DNA of 64,000 bases, from the NCBI RefSeq assembly GCF_046119375.1, contig NW_027362767.1:42160001-42224000 (forward strand), in the 5' to 3' direction. The notes beneath the pieces were generated by a model. It had not been told where the DNA came from, ran no database searches, and saw nothing but the letters and a program-made list of their open reading frames with translations. Each line of letters opens with the position of its first letter. Within the stretch, counting starts at the first letter, position 1. This document shows positions 31,210 to 44,296 of this stretch, piece after piece. This DNA is from Phyllobates terribilis (lineage: Eukaryota). The position numbers and the translations under genes were made by a program.

Positions 31210-34131
31210 CAGGGGCGGACACAGACTGTAGTGGGCCCCTGTGCAAGAATTTTTTTGGGGGGCCCCTGCCCTTCATAGGGGGCATGAAGGCCCCCCCCCC
31301 CCCCCCGTGCATCTCTTATTCCCCCCACTCCTAGTTAATTAATTGTATTTAAAAAAAATAAAACTTGTTATACTTACCCCCAGGGCCGGCTCCAGGTTTT
31401 TGTGGGCCCTAGGCGACAGAGTTTCAGTGGCCCCTTTAACACATACCATGATTCATGATGCACAGATACCACAGAGAAATATATATATATAGTACAATGC
31501 CAAAGATTTCACTTACTACATTACATGAGCGATATCCTCAGCGCACAGTGCAGACCAGACAGTATAGTCCTCCATACAGTATTATGGGCACCATATAATG
31601 CTCCATACAGGATTCTGACCCCTTATAATGCTCCATACAGGATACTGGTCCCCATATAACGCTCCATACAGGATACTGGTCCCCATGTAACACTGCATAC
31701 AGAATACTGTCCGCCATATAACGCTCCATACAGAATACTGTCCGCCATATAACGCTCCATACAGAATACTGACCCCCATATAACGCTCCATACAGAATAT
31801 TGGCCCCCATATAACGCTCCATGCAGGCTGTTCCCCCCCCCTTATAATGCCCCATTACACGAGCGATATCTATTGTAAATTCTACAATAGCTCAGAAACC
31901 GGCGAATCCTCACAGCGTACAGTGCAGACCGGACAGTATAGTCCTCCATACAGTATTATGGGCACCATATAATGCTCCATACAGGATACTGGTCCCCATA
32001 TAATGCTCCATACAGGATACTGCTCCCCATATAATGCTCAATACAGGATACTGGTCCCCATATAACACTGCATACAGGATACTGGCCCCCATAAAATGCT
32101 CCATACAGAATACTGACCCCCATATAACGCTTCATACAGAATACTGGCCCCCATATAGCGCTCCATACAGAATACTGGCCCCCATATAACGCTCCATACA
32201 GAATACTGGCCCCCATATAACGCTCCATACAGAATACTGTCCCCCATATAACGCTCCATACAGAATACTGACCCCCATATAACGCTCCATACAGAATATT
32301 GGCCCTTATGTAACACTCCTTGCAGACTGTTCCCCACTTATAATGCCCCATGCAGGATGACACCCCCCTTTTAAAGCCCCATGCAGGATGTCACCTCTAC
32401 CCCCCATAAAATGCCCCATGCAGGATGTCACTTCCCCCCTTTTCAATGCCCCATGCAGTATGTCAGACCACCCCCGCCCTTATAATGCGCCATGCAGGAG
32501 GTCACACACCCCCCCTCCTTATAATGCCCCATGCAGTATGTCACACACCCACCCTCCTTATAATGCCCCATGCAGGATGCCAATTCCCCCCTCCCCCTCT
32601 TATAATGCCCCATGCAGGATGTCACACCCCCTCTCTGGTAATGCCCCATGCAGGATGTCGCTTCCCCCCTTCCCCTCTTATAATGCCCCATGCAGGATGT
32701 CACTTCCCCCCTTCCACTCTTATAATGCCCCATGCAGGATGTCACTTCCCCCCTTCCCCTCTTATAATGCACCATGCAGGATGTCACACTCCCCCCCACC
32801 CCCATATAATGCCCCATGCAGAATGTCACACTCCCCCCCCACCCCCATATAATGCCCCATGCAGGATGTCAATTCCCCCCTCCCCCTCTTATAATGCCCC
32901 ATGCAGGATGTCACACCCCCCTCCCTTATAATGCCTCATGCAGGATGTCACTTCCCCCCTTCCCCTCTTATAATTCCCCATGCAGGATGTCACTTCCCCC
33001 CTTCCCCTCTTATAATGCCCCATGCAGGATGTCACACACCCCCCACCCCCATATAATGCCCCCATGCAGGATGTCAATTCTCCCCTCCCCCATATAATGC
33101 CCCATGCAGGATGTCAATTCCGCCCTCCCCCATATAATGCCCGATGCAGTATGTCAATTCCCCCCTCCCCCTCTTATAATGCTCCATGCAGGATGTCACT
33201 TCCCCCCTTCCCCTCTTATAATGCCCCATGCCGGATGTCACACACCCCCACCCCCATATAATGCCCCCTTGCAGGATGTCAATTCCCCCCTCTCCCCACC
33301 CCCATATAATGCCCCCATGCAGGATGTCAATTCCCCCCTCCCCCTCTTATAATGCCCCATGCAGGATGTCACACCCCCTCCCTTATAATGCCCCATGCAG
33401 GACGTCACTTCCCCCCTTCCCCTCTTATAATGCCCCATGCAGTATGTCATCCCCCTCATATAATGCCCCATGCAGGATGTCACCCCCCCCTCCCTTATAA
33501 TGCCCCATGCAGGATGTCACCCCCCCACCCCCTATAATGCCCCATGCAGGATGTCACCCCCACCCCATATAATGCCCCATGCAGGATGTCACCCCCCACC
33601 CATATAATGCCCCATGCCCCCATACATGAAAAAAATAAAAAAATCCAATACTCACCTCACTTCTTACCTGCTGCTGTCGCTGCTCCGGACCCCAGCGTCG
33701 CCCGCGTCTTCCCGCTCTGCACTGTGACAGGTCAGGAGAGAGCACGCGCGGTGTAAAGACATCACCGCGCCCTCTGACCTGAGACTTCACAGTCAGAGGA
33801 CGCAGAAGACGCTGCGAAGGCACAGGTAGGGGTAAGTATTGTGCCGGCGCCGTCACATGACCGGAGATGTCTCTGCGCTCAGCATGGGGCCGGGGGCACA
33901 TGCTGAGCGCAGGGACATCTCCGGTCATGTGACGGCGGGGGGTCCTGCGGGGGGCCCCATGAGGAGACGCACAAGAGGGGGGCCCCGAGGGGGCCCCGAC
34001 CGGCCGGGCCCCATGCTGGAGTCAGGGCAGTCATGCCCTGATGGCGGCCCTGCTGGAGGCTGGAGGGGCCCCTTCTCCCTCGGGGGCCCCCGTTCAATGA
34101 ACCGGCTGCACGGGCAGTAGGTCCGCCCCTG
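31210..34131. mobile_element. Composite non-autonomous hAT element inserted in the 30-bp array
   Basis: 11-bp perfect TIR CAGGGGCGGAC/GTCCGCCCCTG and perfect 8-bp TSD ACATAGAG (31202-09, 34132-39). Contains a second hAT left end (CAGGGCCGGC at 31381), 29-bp arrays and a C-rich tataatgccccatgcaggatgtca array. Confidence 0.9.
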
Positions 34132-35168
34132 ACATAGAGGGCAGTATTATAGTAGTTATATTCATGTACATAGGGGGCAGTATTATAGTAGTTATATTCT
34201 TGTACATAGGAGCAGTATTATAGTAGTTATATTCTTGTACATAGGAGCAGTATTATAGTAGTTATATTCTTGTACATAGGGAGCAGTATTATAGTAGTTA
34301 TATTCTTGTACATAGAGGGCAGTATTATAGTAGTTATATTCGTGTACATAGGGAGCAGTATTATAGTAGTTATATTCTTGTACATAGAGGGCAGTATTAT
34401 AGTAGTTATATTCGTGTACATAGGGGGCAGTATTATAGTAGTTATATTGTTGTACATAGGAGCAGTATTATAGTAGTTATATTCTTGTACATGGGAGCAG
34501 TATTGTAGTAGTTATATTATTGTACATAGGAGCAGTATTATAGTAGTTATATTCTTGTACATAGGGGTCAGTATTATAGTAGTTATCTTCTTGTACGTAG
34601 GGGGCAGTATTATAGTAGTTATATTCTTGTACATAGTGAGCAGTATTATAGTAGTTATATTCTTGTACATAGGGGCAGTATTATAGTAGTTATATTCTTG
34701 TACATAGGGGTCAGTATTATAGTAGTTATATTCTTGCACATAGGGGCAGTATTATAGTAGTTATATTCTTGTACATAGGGGCAGTATTATAGTAGTTATA
34801 TTCTTGTACATAAGGGAGCAGTATTATAGTAGTTATATTCTTGTACATAGTGACCAGTATTATAGTAGTTATATTCTTGTACCTAGGAGCAGTATTATAG
34901 TAGTTATATTCTTGTACATAGGGGGCAGTATTAAAGTAGTTATATTCTTGTACATAGGTGCAGTATTATATTAGTTATGTTCTTGTACATAAGGTAGCAG
35001 TATTATAGTAGTTATATTCTTGTACATAGTGAGCAGTATTATAGTAGTTATATTCTTGTACATAGGGGGCAGTATTATAGTAGCTATATTCTTGTACATA
35101 GGAGCAGTATTATAGTAGTTATATTCTTGCACATAGGGGCAGTATTATAGTAGTTATATTCTTGTACC

Positions 35169-36053
35169 TGTTACGAATCCGGGTGGTGGAACCTCTGTGC
35201 TGCGGTGCAAGGAGGGACCACAGGGGCGTAACTAGGTATCAACTCGGACCGACCAAGGTCGTACGGTTGTTCAATCGACTCCGTGACCAGGGAAGGACCT
35301 AGCAGAGGGACCAGGTGCTACTCTGGGACCGACCTTGTATGAGAGAAAGTGACTCCCACGGGTCAGAAGGCAGGGACTGACCGGTACAGCAGATGAGTAC
35401 GGGAGGCAGGCTGACGGGTGATCCGGGTAGACGGACTGGCAGACACGGCAGTTAACAAGCAGGAGCCTCCAGGTAGGCTGGCTGGTAGGCACGGCAGGTA
35501 ACAGGCAGTTGCTTCCAGGTAAGCAGGCAGGCAAGGCCCATAGACAGACTGGCGGACTGGACTGTAGACAGACTGTCGGGCTGGAGAGTAGACAAGCTGG
35601 CGGACAGGACTGGTAGTCAGGCTGGCGGACTGGACTGGTAGTCAGGCTGGCGGACTGGACTTGTAGTCAGGCAGGCGGACCGGACTTGTAGTCAGGCTGG
35701 CGGGCTGGACTGGTAATCAGGCTGGCGGGCTGGACTGGTAGTCAGGCTGGCAGCGGGACCTGAGGGCTGACGCAGAGTTTAACACACAAAGCTACAACCT
35801 CGCACGGGCTCCTCCATTTTGGAGGAGGTGCCTTTTATATGGGAGGTCCTCTGGCCATTGGCCGGGGACTCCTTAGGACGGCGGGCGCGGCCCCTTTAAG
35901 AGGGAGGGAGCGGGCGCCCTAAGCACAGTGCCCGGGAAGCTGCGCGCGGCGGCAGCAGCAGATGCAGGAGCGCCAGAGGACGCCGGGCGGGGAGCTCGGC
36001 GGTAAGAGAGACGACGTCTCTGCCTGTCAGGGAGCAGAGACGCCGATACTACA
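35169..36053 (-). mobile_element. Solo LTR (885 bp) inserted in the 30-bp array
   Basis: TG...CA ends (TGTTACG...TACTACA), 5-bp TSD with one mismatch (GTACC/GTACG), minus-strand TATAAAAG, internal ~21-bp repeat. Homologous to 53510-54551. Confidence 0.8.
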
Positions 36054-39000
36054 GTACGTAGGAGCAGTATTATAGTAGTTATATTCTTGTACACCGGAGC
36101 AGTATTAGAGTAGTTATATTCTTGTACATAGGGGGCAGTATTATAGTAGTTATATTCTTGTACATAGGAGCAGTATTATAGTAGTTATATTCTTGTACAT
36201 AGGGGGACAGTATTATAGTAGTTATATTGTTGTACATAGGGAGCAGTATTATAGTAGTTATATTCCTTTACATAGAGGACAGTATTATAGTAGTTATATT
36301 CTTGTACATAAGAGCAGTATTATAGTAGTTATATTCTTCTACATAGGGGGCAGTATTATAGTAGTTATATTCTTGTCCATAGGGAGCAGTATTATAGTAG
36401 TTATATTCTTGTACATAGGGGCAGTATTATAGTAGTTATATTCTTGTACATAGGGGGCAGTATTATAGTAGTTATATTCTTGTACATAGGAGCAGTATTA
36501 TAGAAGTTATATTCTTGTCCATAGGGAGGCAGTATTATAGTAGTTATATTCTTGTACATAGGGGCAGTATTATAGTAGTTATATTCTTGTACATAGGAGC
36601 AGTATTATAGTAGTTATATTCTTGTACATAGGAGGACAGTATTATAGTAGTTATATTCTTGTACATAGGGGGCAGTATTATAGTAGTTATATTCCTTTAC
36701 ATAGGGGCAGTATTATAGTAGTTATATTCTTCTACATAAGAGCAGTATTATAGTAGTTATATTCTTCTACATAGGGGGCAGTATTATAGTAGTTATATTC
36801 TTGTCCATAGGGAGCAGTATTATAGTAGTTATATTCTTGTACATAGGGGCAGTATTAAAGTAGTTATATTCTTGTACATAGGGGGTAGTATTATAGAAGT
36901 TATATTCTTGTCCATAGGGGAAGTATTATAGTAGTTATATTCTTGCACATAGGAGCAGTATTATAGTAGTTATATTCTTGTACATAGGGGCAGTATTATA
37001 GTAGCTATATTCTTGTCCATAGGGAGGCAGTATTAAAGTAGTTATATTCTTGTACATAGGGGCAGTATTAAAGTAGTTATATTCTTGTACATAGGGAGGC
37101 AGTATTATAGTAGTTATATTCTTGTACATAGGGGCAGTATTATAGTTGTTATATTCTTGTACATTGGGGCAGTATTATAGTAGTTATATTCTTGTACATA
37201 GGAGCAGTATTATAGTAGTTATATTCTTGTACATAGGGGGCAGTATTATAGTAGTTATATTCTTGTACATAGGGGGCAGTATTATAGTAGTTATATTCTT
37301 GTTCATAGGTAGCAGTATTATAGTAGTTATATTCTTGTACATAGGAGCAGTATTATAGTAGTTATATTCTTGTATATAATGGGCAGTATTGTAGTAGTTA
37401 TATTTTTGTACATAGGGTGCAGTATTATAGTAGTTATATTCTTGTACAAAGGGGGCAGTATTATAGTAGTTATATTCTTTTACATAGGAGCAGTATTATA
37501 GTAGTTATATTCTTGTATATAATGGGCAGTATTGTAGTAGTTATATTCTTGTACATAGGGTGCAGTATTATAGTAGTTATATTCTTGTACATAGGAGCAG
37601 TATTATAGTAGTTATATTCTTGTAAATAGGGGCAGTATTATAGTAGTTATATTCTTGTACATAGGAGCCGTATTATAGTAGTTATATTCTTGTAAACAGG
37701 GGCAGTATTATAGTAGTTATATTCTTGTACATAGGAGCAGTATTATAGTAGTTATATTGTTGTACATAGGAGCAGTATTATAGTAGTTATATTCTTGTAT
37801 ATAGGGGGACAGTATTATAGTAGTTATATTGTTGTACATAGGGGGCAGTATTATAGTAGTTATATTCCTTTACATAGAGGACAGTATTATAGTAGTTATA
37901 TTCTTGTACATAAGAGCAGTATTATAGTAGTTATATTCTTGTACATAGAGGGCAGTATTATAGTAGTTATATTCTTGTCCATAGGGAGCAGTATTATAGT
38001 AGTTATATTCTTGTACATAGGGGCAGTATTAAAGTAGTTATATTCTTGTACATAGGGGCAGTATTATAGTAGTTATATTCTTGTACATAGGGGGCAGTAT
38101 TATAGTAGTTATATTCTTGTACATAGGGGGCAGTATTATAGTAGTTATATTCTTGTTCATAGGTAGCAGTATTATAGTAGTTATATTCTTGTACATAGGG
38201 GGCAGTATTATAGTAGTTATATTCTTGTACATAGGGGGCAGTATTATAGTAGTTATATTCTTGTTCATAGGTAGCAGTATTATAGTAGTTATATTCTTGC
38301 ACATAGGAGCAGTATTATAGTAGTTATATTCTTGTACATAGGGGCAGTATTATAGTAGCTATATTCTTGTCCATAGGGAGGCAGTATTAAAGTAGTTATA
38401 TTCTTGTACATAGGGGCAGTATTAAAGTAGTTATATTCTTGTACATAGGGAGGCAGTATTATAGTAGTTATATTCTTGTACATAGGGGCAGTATTATAGT
38501 TGTTATATTCTTGTACATTGGGGCAGTATTATAGTAGTTATATTCTTGTACATAGGAGCAGTATTATAGTAGTTATATTCTTGTACATAGGGGGCAGTAT
38601 TATAGTAGTTATATTCTTGTACATAGGGGGCAGTATTATAGTAGTTATATTCTTGTTCATAGGTAGCAGTATTATAGTAGTTATATTCTTGTACATAGGA
38701 GCAGTATTATAGTAGTTATATTCTTGTATATAATGGGCAGTATTGTAGTAGTTATATTTTTGTACATAGGGTGCAGTATTATAGTAGTTATATTCTTGTA
38801 CAAAGGGGGCAGTATTATAGTAGTTATATTCTTTTACATAGGAGCAGTATTATAGTAGTTATATTCTTGTATATAATGGGCAGTATTGTAGTAGTTATAT
38901 TCTTGTACATAGGGTGCAGTATTATAGTAGTTATATTCTTGTACATAGGAGCAGTATTATAGTAGTTATATTCTTGTAAATAGGGGCAGTATTATAGTAG

Positions 39001-40971
39001 TTATATTCTTGTACATAGGAGCCGTATTATAGTAGTTATATTCTTGTAAACAGGGGCAGTATTATAGTAGTTATATTCTTGTACATAGGAGCAGTATTAT
39101 AGTAGTTATATTGTTGTACATAGGAGCAGTATTATAGTAGTTATATTCTTGTATATAGGGGGACAGTATTATAGTAGTTATATTGTTGTACATAGGGGGC
39201 AGTATTATAGTAGTTATATTCCTTTACATAGAGGACAGTATTATAGTAGTTATATTCTTGTACATAAGAGCAGTATTATAGTAGTTATATTCTTGTACAT
39301 AGAGGGCAGTATTATAGTAGTTATATTCTTGTCCATAGGGAGCAGTATTATAGTAGTTATATTCTTGTACATAGGGGCAGTATTAAAGTAGTTATATTCT
39401 TGTACATAGGGGCAGTATTATAGTAGTTATAGTCTTGTACATAGGAGCAGTATTATAGAAGTTTTATTCTTGTCCATAGGGAGGCAGTATTATTGTAGTT
39501 ATATTCTTGTACATAGGGGGCAGTATTATATTAGTTATATTCCTTTACATAGAGGACAGTATTATAGTAGTTATATTCTTGTATGTAGGGGGCAGTATTA
39601 TAGTAGTTATATTCTTGTACATAGGGGGCAGTATTATATTAGTTATATTCCTTTACATAGAGGACAGTATTATAGTAGTTATATTCTTGTACATTGGGGG
39701 CAGTATTATATTAGTTATATTCCTTTACATAGAGGACAGTATTATAGTAGTTATATTCTTGTACATAGGAGCAGTATTATAGTAGTTATATTGTTGTACA
39801 TAGGAGCAGTATTATAGTAGTTATATTCTTGTACATAGGGGGACAGTATTATAGTAGTTATATTGTTGTACATAGGGGGCAGTTTTATAGTAGTTATATT
39901 CCTTTACATAGAGGACAGTATTATAGTAGTTATATTCTTGTATATAGGGGGCAGTATTATAGTAGTTATATTCTTGTATATAGGGGGCAGTATTATAGTA
40001 GTTATATTCTTGTACATAGGGGGCAGTATTATATTAGTTATATTCCTTTACATAGAGGACAGTATTATAGTAGTTATATTCTTGTATATAGGGGACAGTA
40101 TTATAGCAGTTATATTCTTGTATATAGGGGGCAGTATTATAGTAGTTATATTCTTGTACATAGGGGGCAGTATTATAGTAGTTATATTCTTGTACATAGG
40201 AGCAGTATTATAGCAGTTATATTCTTGTACATAGGACCAGTATTATAGTAGTTATATTCTTGTACATAGGGGGCAGCATTATAGTTGTTACTGTATTATA
40301 AGCTTCTTGCCCTCTGTCTTTATTCTTGTATTTTATATTTATAACATGCATTTTCAAATGTAAAGTGTTATTCATAAAAAGAATCTTTGAAAGATTTTTA
40401 TTGTATGTGTATTTTCTTTTCTGTCTTTAGTGGCTGATGAGTGAATGGCATTTGAAGTACAGGACTATTTTTACCTTCCTTTTCTCCATATTTGCTCACA
40501 CTGTTTTATGGTAACCTTTTTGGTAAATATATCATTTCAATGGATTGAGATCATTTGGTTCTCTGCCATATAAAATCCTAATTTAAAAAATATTACTAAT
40601 AAATATATCCCTATTGATAGTGATCTAGGCAGGTCATTGGCAATAACTTCATTGTTACCATCTAGCGACCATCAGTGGAAGTACCCTATAAGAAATGTTT
40701 CCAGTGTACTACCTCTGATTTTTGACATACAAAGATTTTTTGTCTTCTCAAACGTTTTATTTTTTTCTTTACTTCAGACTGTTGGAACTTCATGAGAGTG
40801 AGTTGCTTTTGTTGTATTGTAGACCTGTGTACAGGCGTGTTAGAAAGCAATTCCGACAGATGTCCTGCCAGATACACAGTGAAGGCAGAAAGAGTTGAGA
40901 ATGAATGCTTTCTTGCTAAAATATTGGTGCCCAGTGTTCACAGGTTTGTTCGGTATTGTAGCTCACTTTTT

Positions 40972-42643
40972 CATCCTGTATTATATTCCAGGGCTGAATT
41001 CGCTATTCTGCTGGTGCAGTCACTGTGTACATACATTACATTACTGATCCTGAGTTACATCCTGTATTATACTCCAGAGCTGCACTCACTATTCTGCTGG
41101 TGCAGTCACTGTGTACATACATTACATTACTGATCCTGAGTTACATCCTGTATTATACTCCAGAGCTGCACTCACTATTCTGCTGGTGCAGTCACTGTGT
41201 ACATATATTACATTACTGATCCTGAGTTACATGCTGTATTATTCTCCAGAGCTGCACTCACTATTCTGCTGGTGCAGTCACTGTGTACATACATTACATT
41301 ACTGATCCTGAGTTACATCCTGTATTATACTCCAGAGCTGCACTCACTATTCTGCTGGTGAAGTCACTGTGTACATACATTACATTACTGATCCTGAGTT
41401 ACATCCTGTATTATACTCCAGAGCTGCACTCACTATTCTGCTGGTGCAGTCACTGTGTACATATATTACATAACTGATCCTGTACTGATCCTGAGTTACA
41501 TCCTGTATTATACTCCAGAGCTGCACTCACTATTCTGCTGGTGCAGTCACTGTGTACATACATTACATTACTGATCCTGAGTTACATCCTGTATTATACC
41601 CCAGAGCTGCACTCACTATTCTGCTGGTGTAGTCACTGTGTACATACATTACATTACTGATCCTGAGTTACATCCTGTATAATACCCCAGAGCTGCACTC
41701 ACTATTCTGCTGGTGCAGTCACTGTGTACATACATTACATTACTGATCCTGTACTGATCCTGAGTTACATCCTGTATAATACCCCAGAGCTGCACTCACT
41801 ATTCTGCTGGTGCAGTCACTGTGTACATACATTACATTACTGATCCTGTACTGATCCTGAGTTACATTCTGTATTATACTCCAGAGCTGCACTCACTATT
41901 CTGCTGGTGCAGTCACTGTGTACATACATTACATTACTGATCCTGAGTTACCTCCTGTATTATACCCCAGAGCTGCACTCACTATTCTGCTGGTGCAGTT
42001 ACTGTGTACATACATTACATTACTGATCCTGAACTGATCCTGAGTTACATCCTGGATTATACTCCAGAGCTGCACTCACTATTCTGCTGGTGCAGTCACT
42101 GTGTACATACATTACATTACTGATCCTGAGTTACATCCTGTATTATACTCCAGAGCTGCACTCACTATTCTGCTGGTGCAGTCACTGTGTACATACATTA
42201 CATTACTTATCCTGAGTTACATCCTGTATTATACTCCAGAGCTGCACTCACTATTCTGCTGGTGCAGTCACTGTGTACATACATTACATTACTGATCCTG
42301 AGTTACATCCTGTATTATACTCCAGAGCTGCACTCACTATTCTGCTGGTGCAGTCACTGTGTACATACATTACATTACTTATCCTGAGTTACATCCTGTA
42401 TTATACTCCAGAGCTGCACTCACTATTCTGCTGGTGCAGTCACTGTGTACATACATTACGTTACTGATCCTGAGTTACATCCTGTATTATACTCCAGAGC
42501 TGCACTCACTATTCTGCTGGTGCAGTCACTGTGTACATACATTACATTACTGATCCTGAGTTACATCCTATATTGTACTCCAGAGCTGCACTCACTATTC
42601 TGCTGGTGGAGTCACTTTTACATTGCATATCTTGTACTGATCC
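40972..42643 (+). repeat. 86-bp minisatellite array B
   Basis: Same unit and orientation as array A, roughly 19 copies. Confidence 0.97.
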
Positions 42644-43304
42644 CATTGTGTGTTATACACAAGCGTTATATCCACCATTTTTCTGCTTGTTAGTAAAGCC
42701 TACGCTTCCCAGATTGGAGGTAATTACTGTACAGATGCTGTATATCAGAGAATACTGTGAGATTTCCGCTCACACAGTACAGGCTTTATAAGCATAGGGG
42801 GGTAGCTTAGCTTAAGGGAATGTATAGAAATATTAATTACTTTGTGAGACGGCATTAATATCGTCTGTATTACCCTTTATTCCCAGCCTGATGATGGAGT
42901 TATCGTTACTGGCATTGTCGTGCATATTGAGGACATATGATGACTCCCGGCTCGTTGCCCCCCGGGCTGTGATTTCTTAGGTTTATTCGAGTAATCAGTG
43001 CTGATAATCATGAATCAGACTGCGCCTTGTGTCTCGGCAGCGAGATTTACAGGGCAGGAAATTGTAGACCATTATTTCTGAAGATGCAGATTATGGTCCT
43101 GCCGCGGCTGCTGGCTGTAATTTATTGTGCGAATGCGATATCTGTCACTTATAGATCAGAAAATGCTCAAAATAAAATGTCAGTATCCCTTTAAGTGTAA
43201 GTTTGGGGCAAGCATAGCAAATAGATTAGTTCTCTTTTTCTTAGCCGACATCATCAGCCATGTATAAAAATATGGCAACATAAACTATAAACTTCATATA
43301 TCAT

Positions 43305-43568
43305 GGCACGGTGGCGCAGTGGTTAGCACTGCAGCCTTGCCGCACTGGGGTCCTGGGTTCAAATCCCACCAAGGACAATGTGTGCAAGGAGTGTGTATGT
43401 TCTCCCTGTGTTTGCATGGGTTTTCTCTGGGTTCTCCAGTTTCCTCCCACACTCCAAAGACATACTGATAGGGAATCTAGATTGTGAGCCCCCATGGGGA
43501 CAGCGACGATAATGTATGTAAAGCGCTGCGGAATATGTTAGCACTATATAAAGATTATTATTATTATA
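43305..43568 (+). mobile_element. Full-length tRNA-derived SINE
   Basis: A box TGGCGCAGTGG (43312-22), B box GGTTCAAATCC (43356-66), central core, LINE2-like 3' end (tgtaaagcgctgcggaatatgttagc) and (TTA)n tail. Confidence 0.88.
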
Positions 43569-43859
43569 TCATCACCTTGTTATACCTAATCTATCCTGCA
43601 GGGGCACCGCACAGCAATCATTTTTCTAGTTGCTGCACAGTACTATGGCCCTATGATGATACCATAGAATTATGGTGGAGTGTTATACCTTGTTGCTCCT
43701 GCGGGGGCACTGCAGGGAAATGCCACTTTTTTAGTATGGAGAAGGGACGTGACAACCTATAGGAACACATTTCTCTCTAAGTTCAACCGTTCTCACTTAC
43801 TATCTAGTCTCTCCTTGTTTGCGTGGATTTTCACGGTTTCAGCCTCATTCTAAAGACAT

Positions 43860-44296
43860 AGGGCCCGATTCATTATTTGTGATTTCTTGAAGTCACTTTT
43901 CTTATTCTGTCTTGTTTTATTCGCTGACCTTTTTACGCTGAATTCTTCGAAATGGCGCTCTCGGTCCATGAATTTGATGCAAACTAAAAAAAGGTTCTTT
44001 ATTTTTGTCTTTAGATGTTTTTTTACCACTTTTCCAACATTAAAAGTTGTAAATACTTTAAAAAGTGGCCCGTTTGTCTCAAAATTATCCAAAAATGAAG
44101 ACTCCTCCAGTCTCATCTAATGAGTGTGTCATCTGTAGAACATCTGGACAAGCAAAGTTATTGAGGAAAAAAACAAAAAAACAAACACTTTAAAAAGGAA
44201 AGACAACTTAAAAAGTGGCACAAATACTAAGGCCACTAAAAAAACAGCAAATTATTCCAGAAAACTGGAGAAACGACCATGGTGAATCTGGGACAT
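43860..44296. mobile_element. MITE remnant (gggcccgattcatta ... tggtgaatctggg)
   Basis: Degenerate terminal inverted repeats around an A/T-rich body. Confidence 0.5.

Larger units (their letters stand above)
30179..40288 (+). repeat. 29-31-bp minisatellite (gcagtattatagtagttatattcttgtacatagg[g/a]g), ~6.3 kb net, interrupted by two insertions
   Basis: Continuous array in three blocks: 30179-31209, 34132-35168 and 36054-40288. Confidence 0.97.

Noticed and set aside
27184-42643. 86-bp and 30-bp arrays as CRISPR arrays or as coding repeats (MYIHYITDPE..., MYKNITTIILPP... ORFs)
   Set aside because: Units are contiguous with no unique spacers and there are no cas genes in this vertebrate DNA. 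The ORFs are overlapping, multi-frame by-products of tandem repeats, with frequent frame-breaking indels.
42937-43004. Box C/D snoRNA (ATGATGA ... CTGA, 68 nt apart)
   Set aside because: No convincing terminal stem, C'/D' boxes or recognisable rRNA antisense element; such motif pairs arise by chance. A snoscan or Infernal search would settle it.
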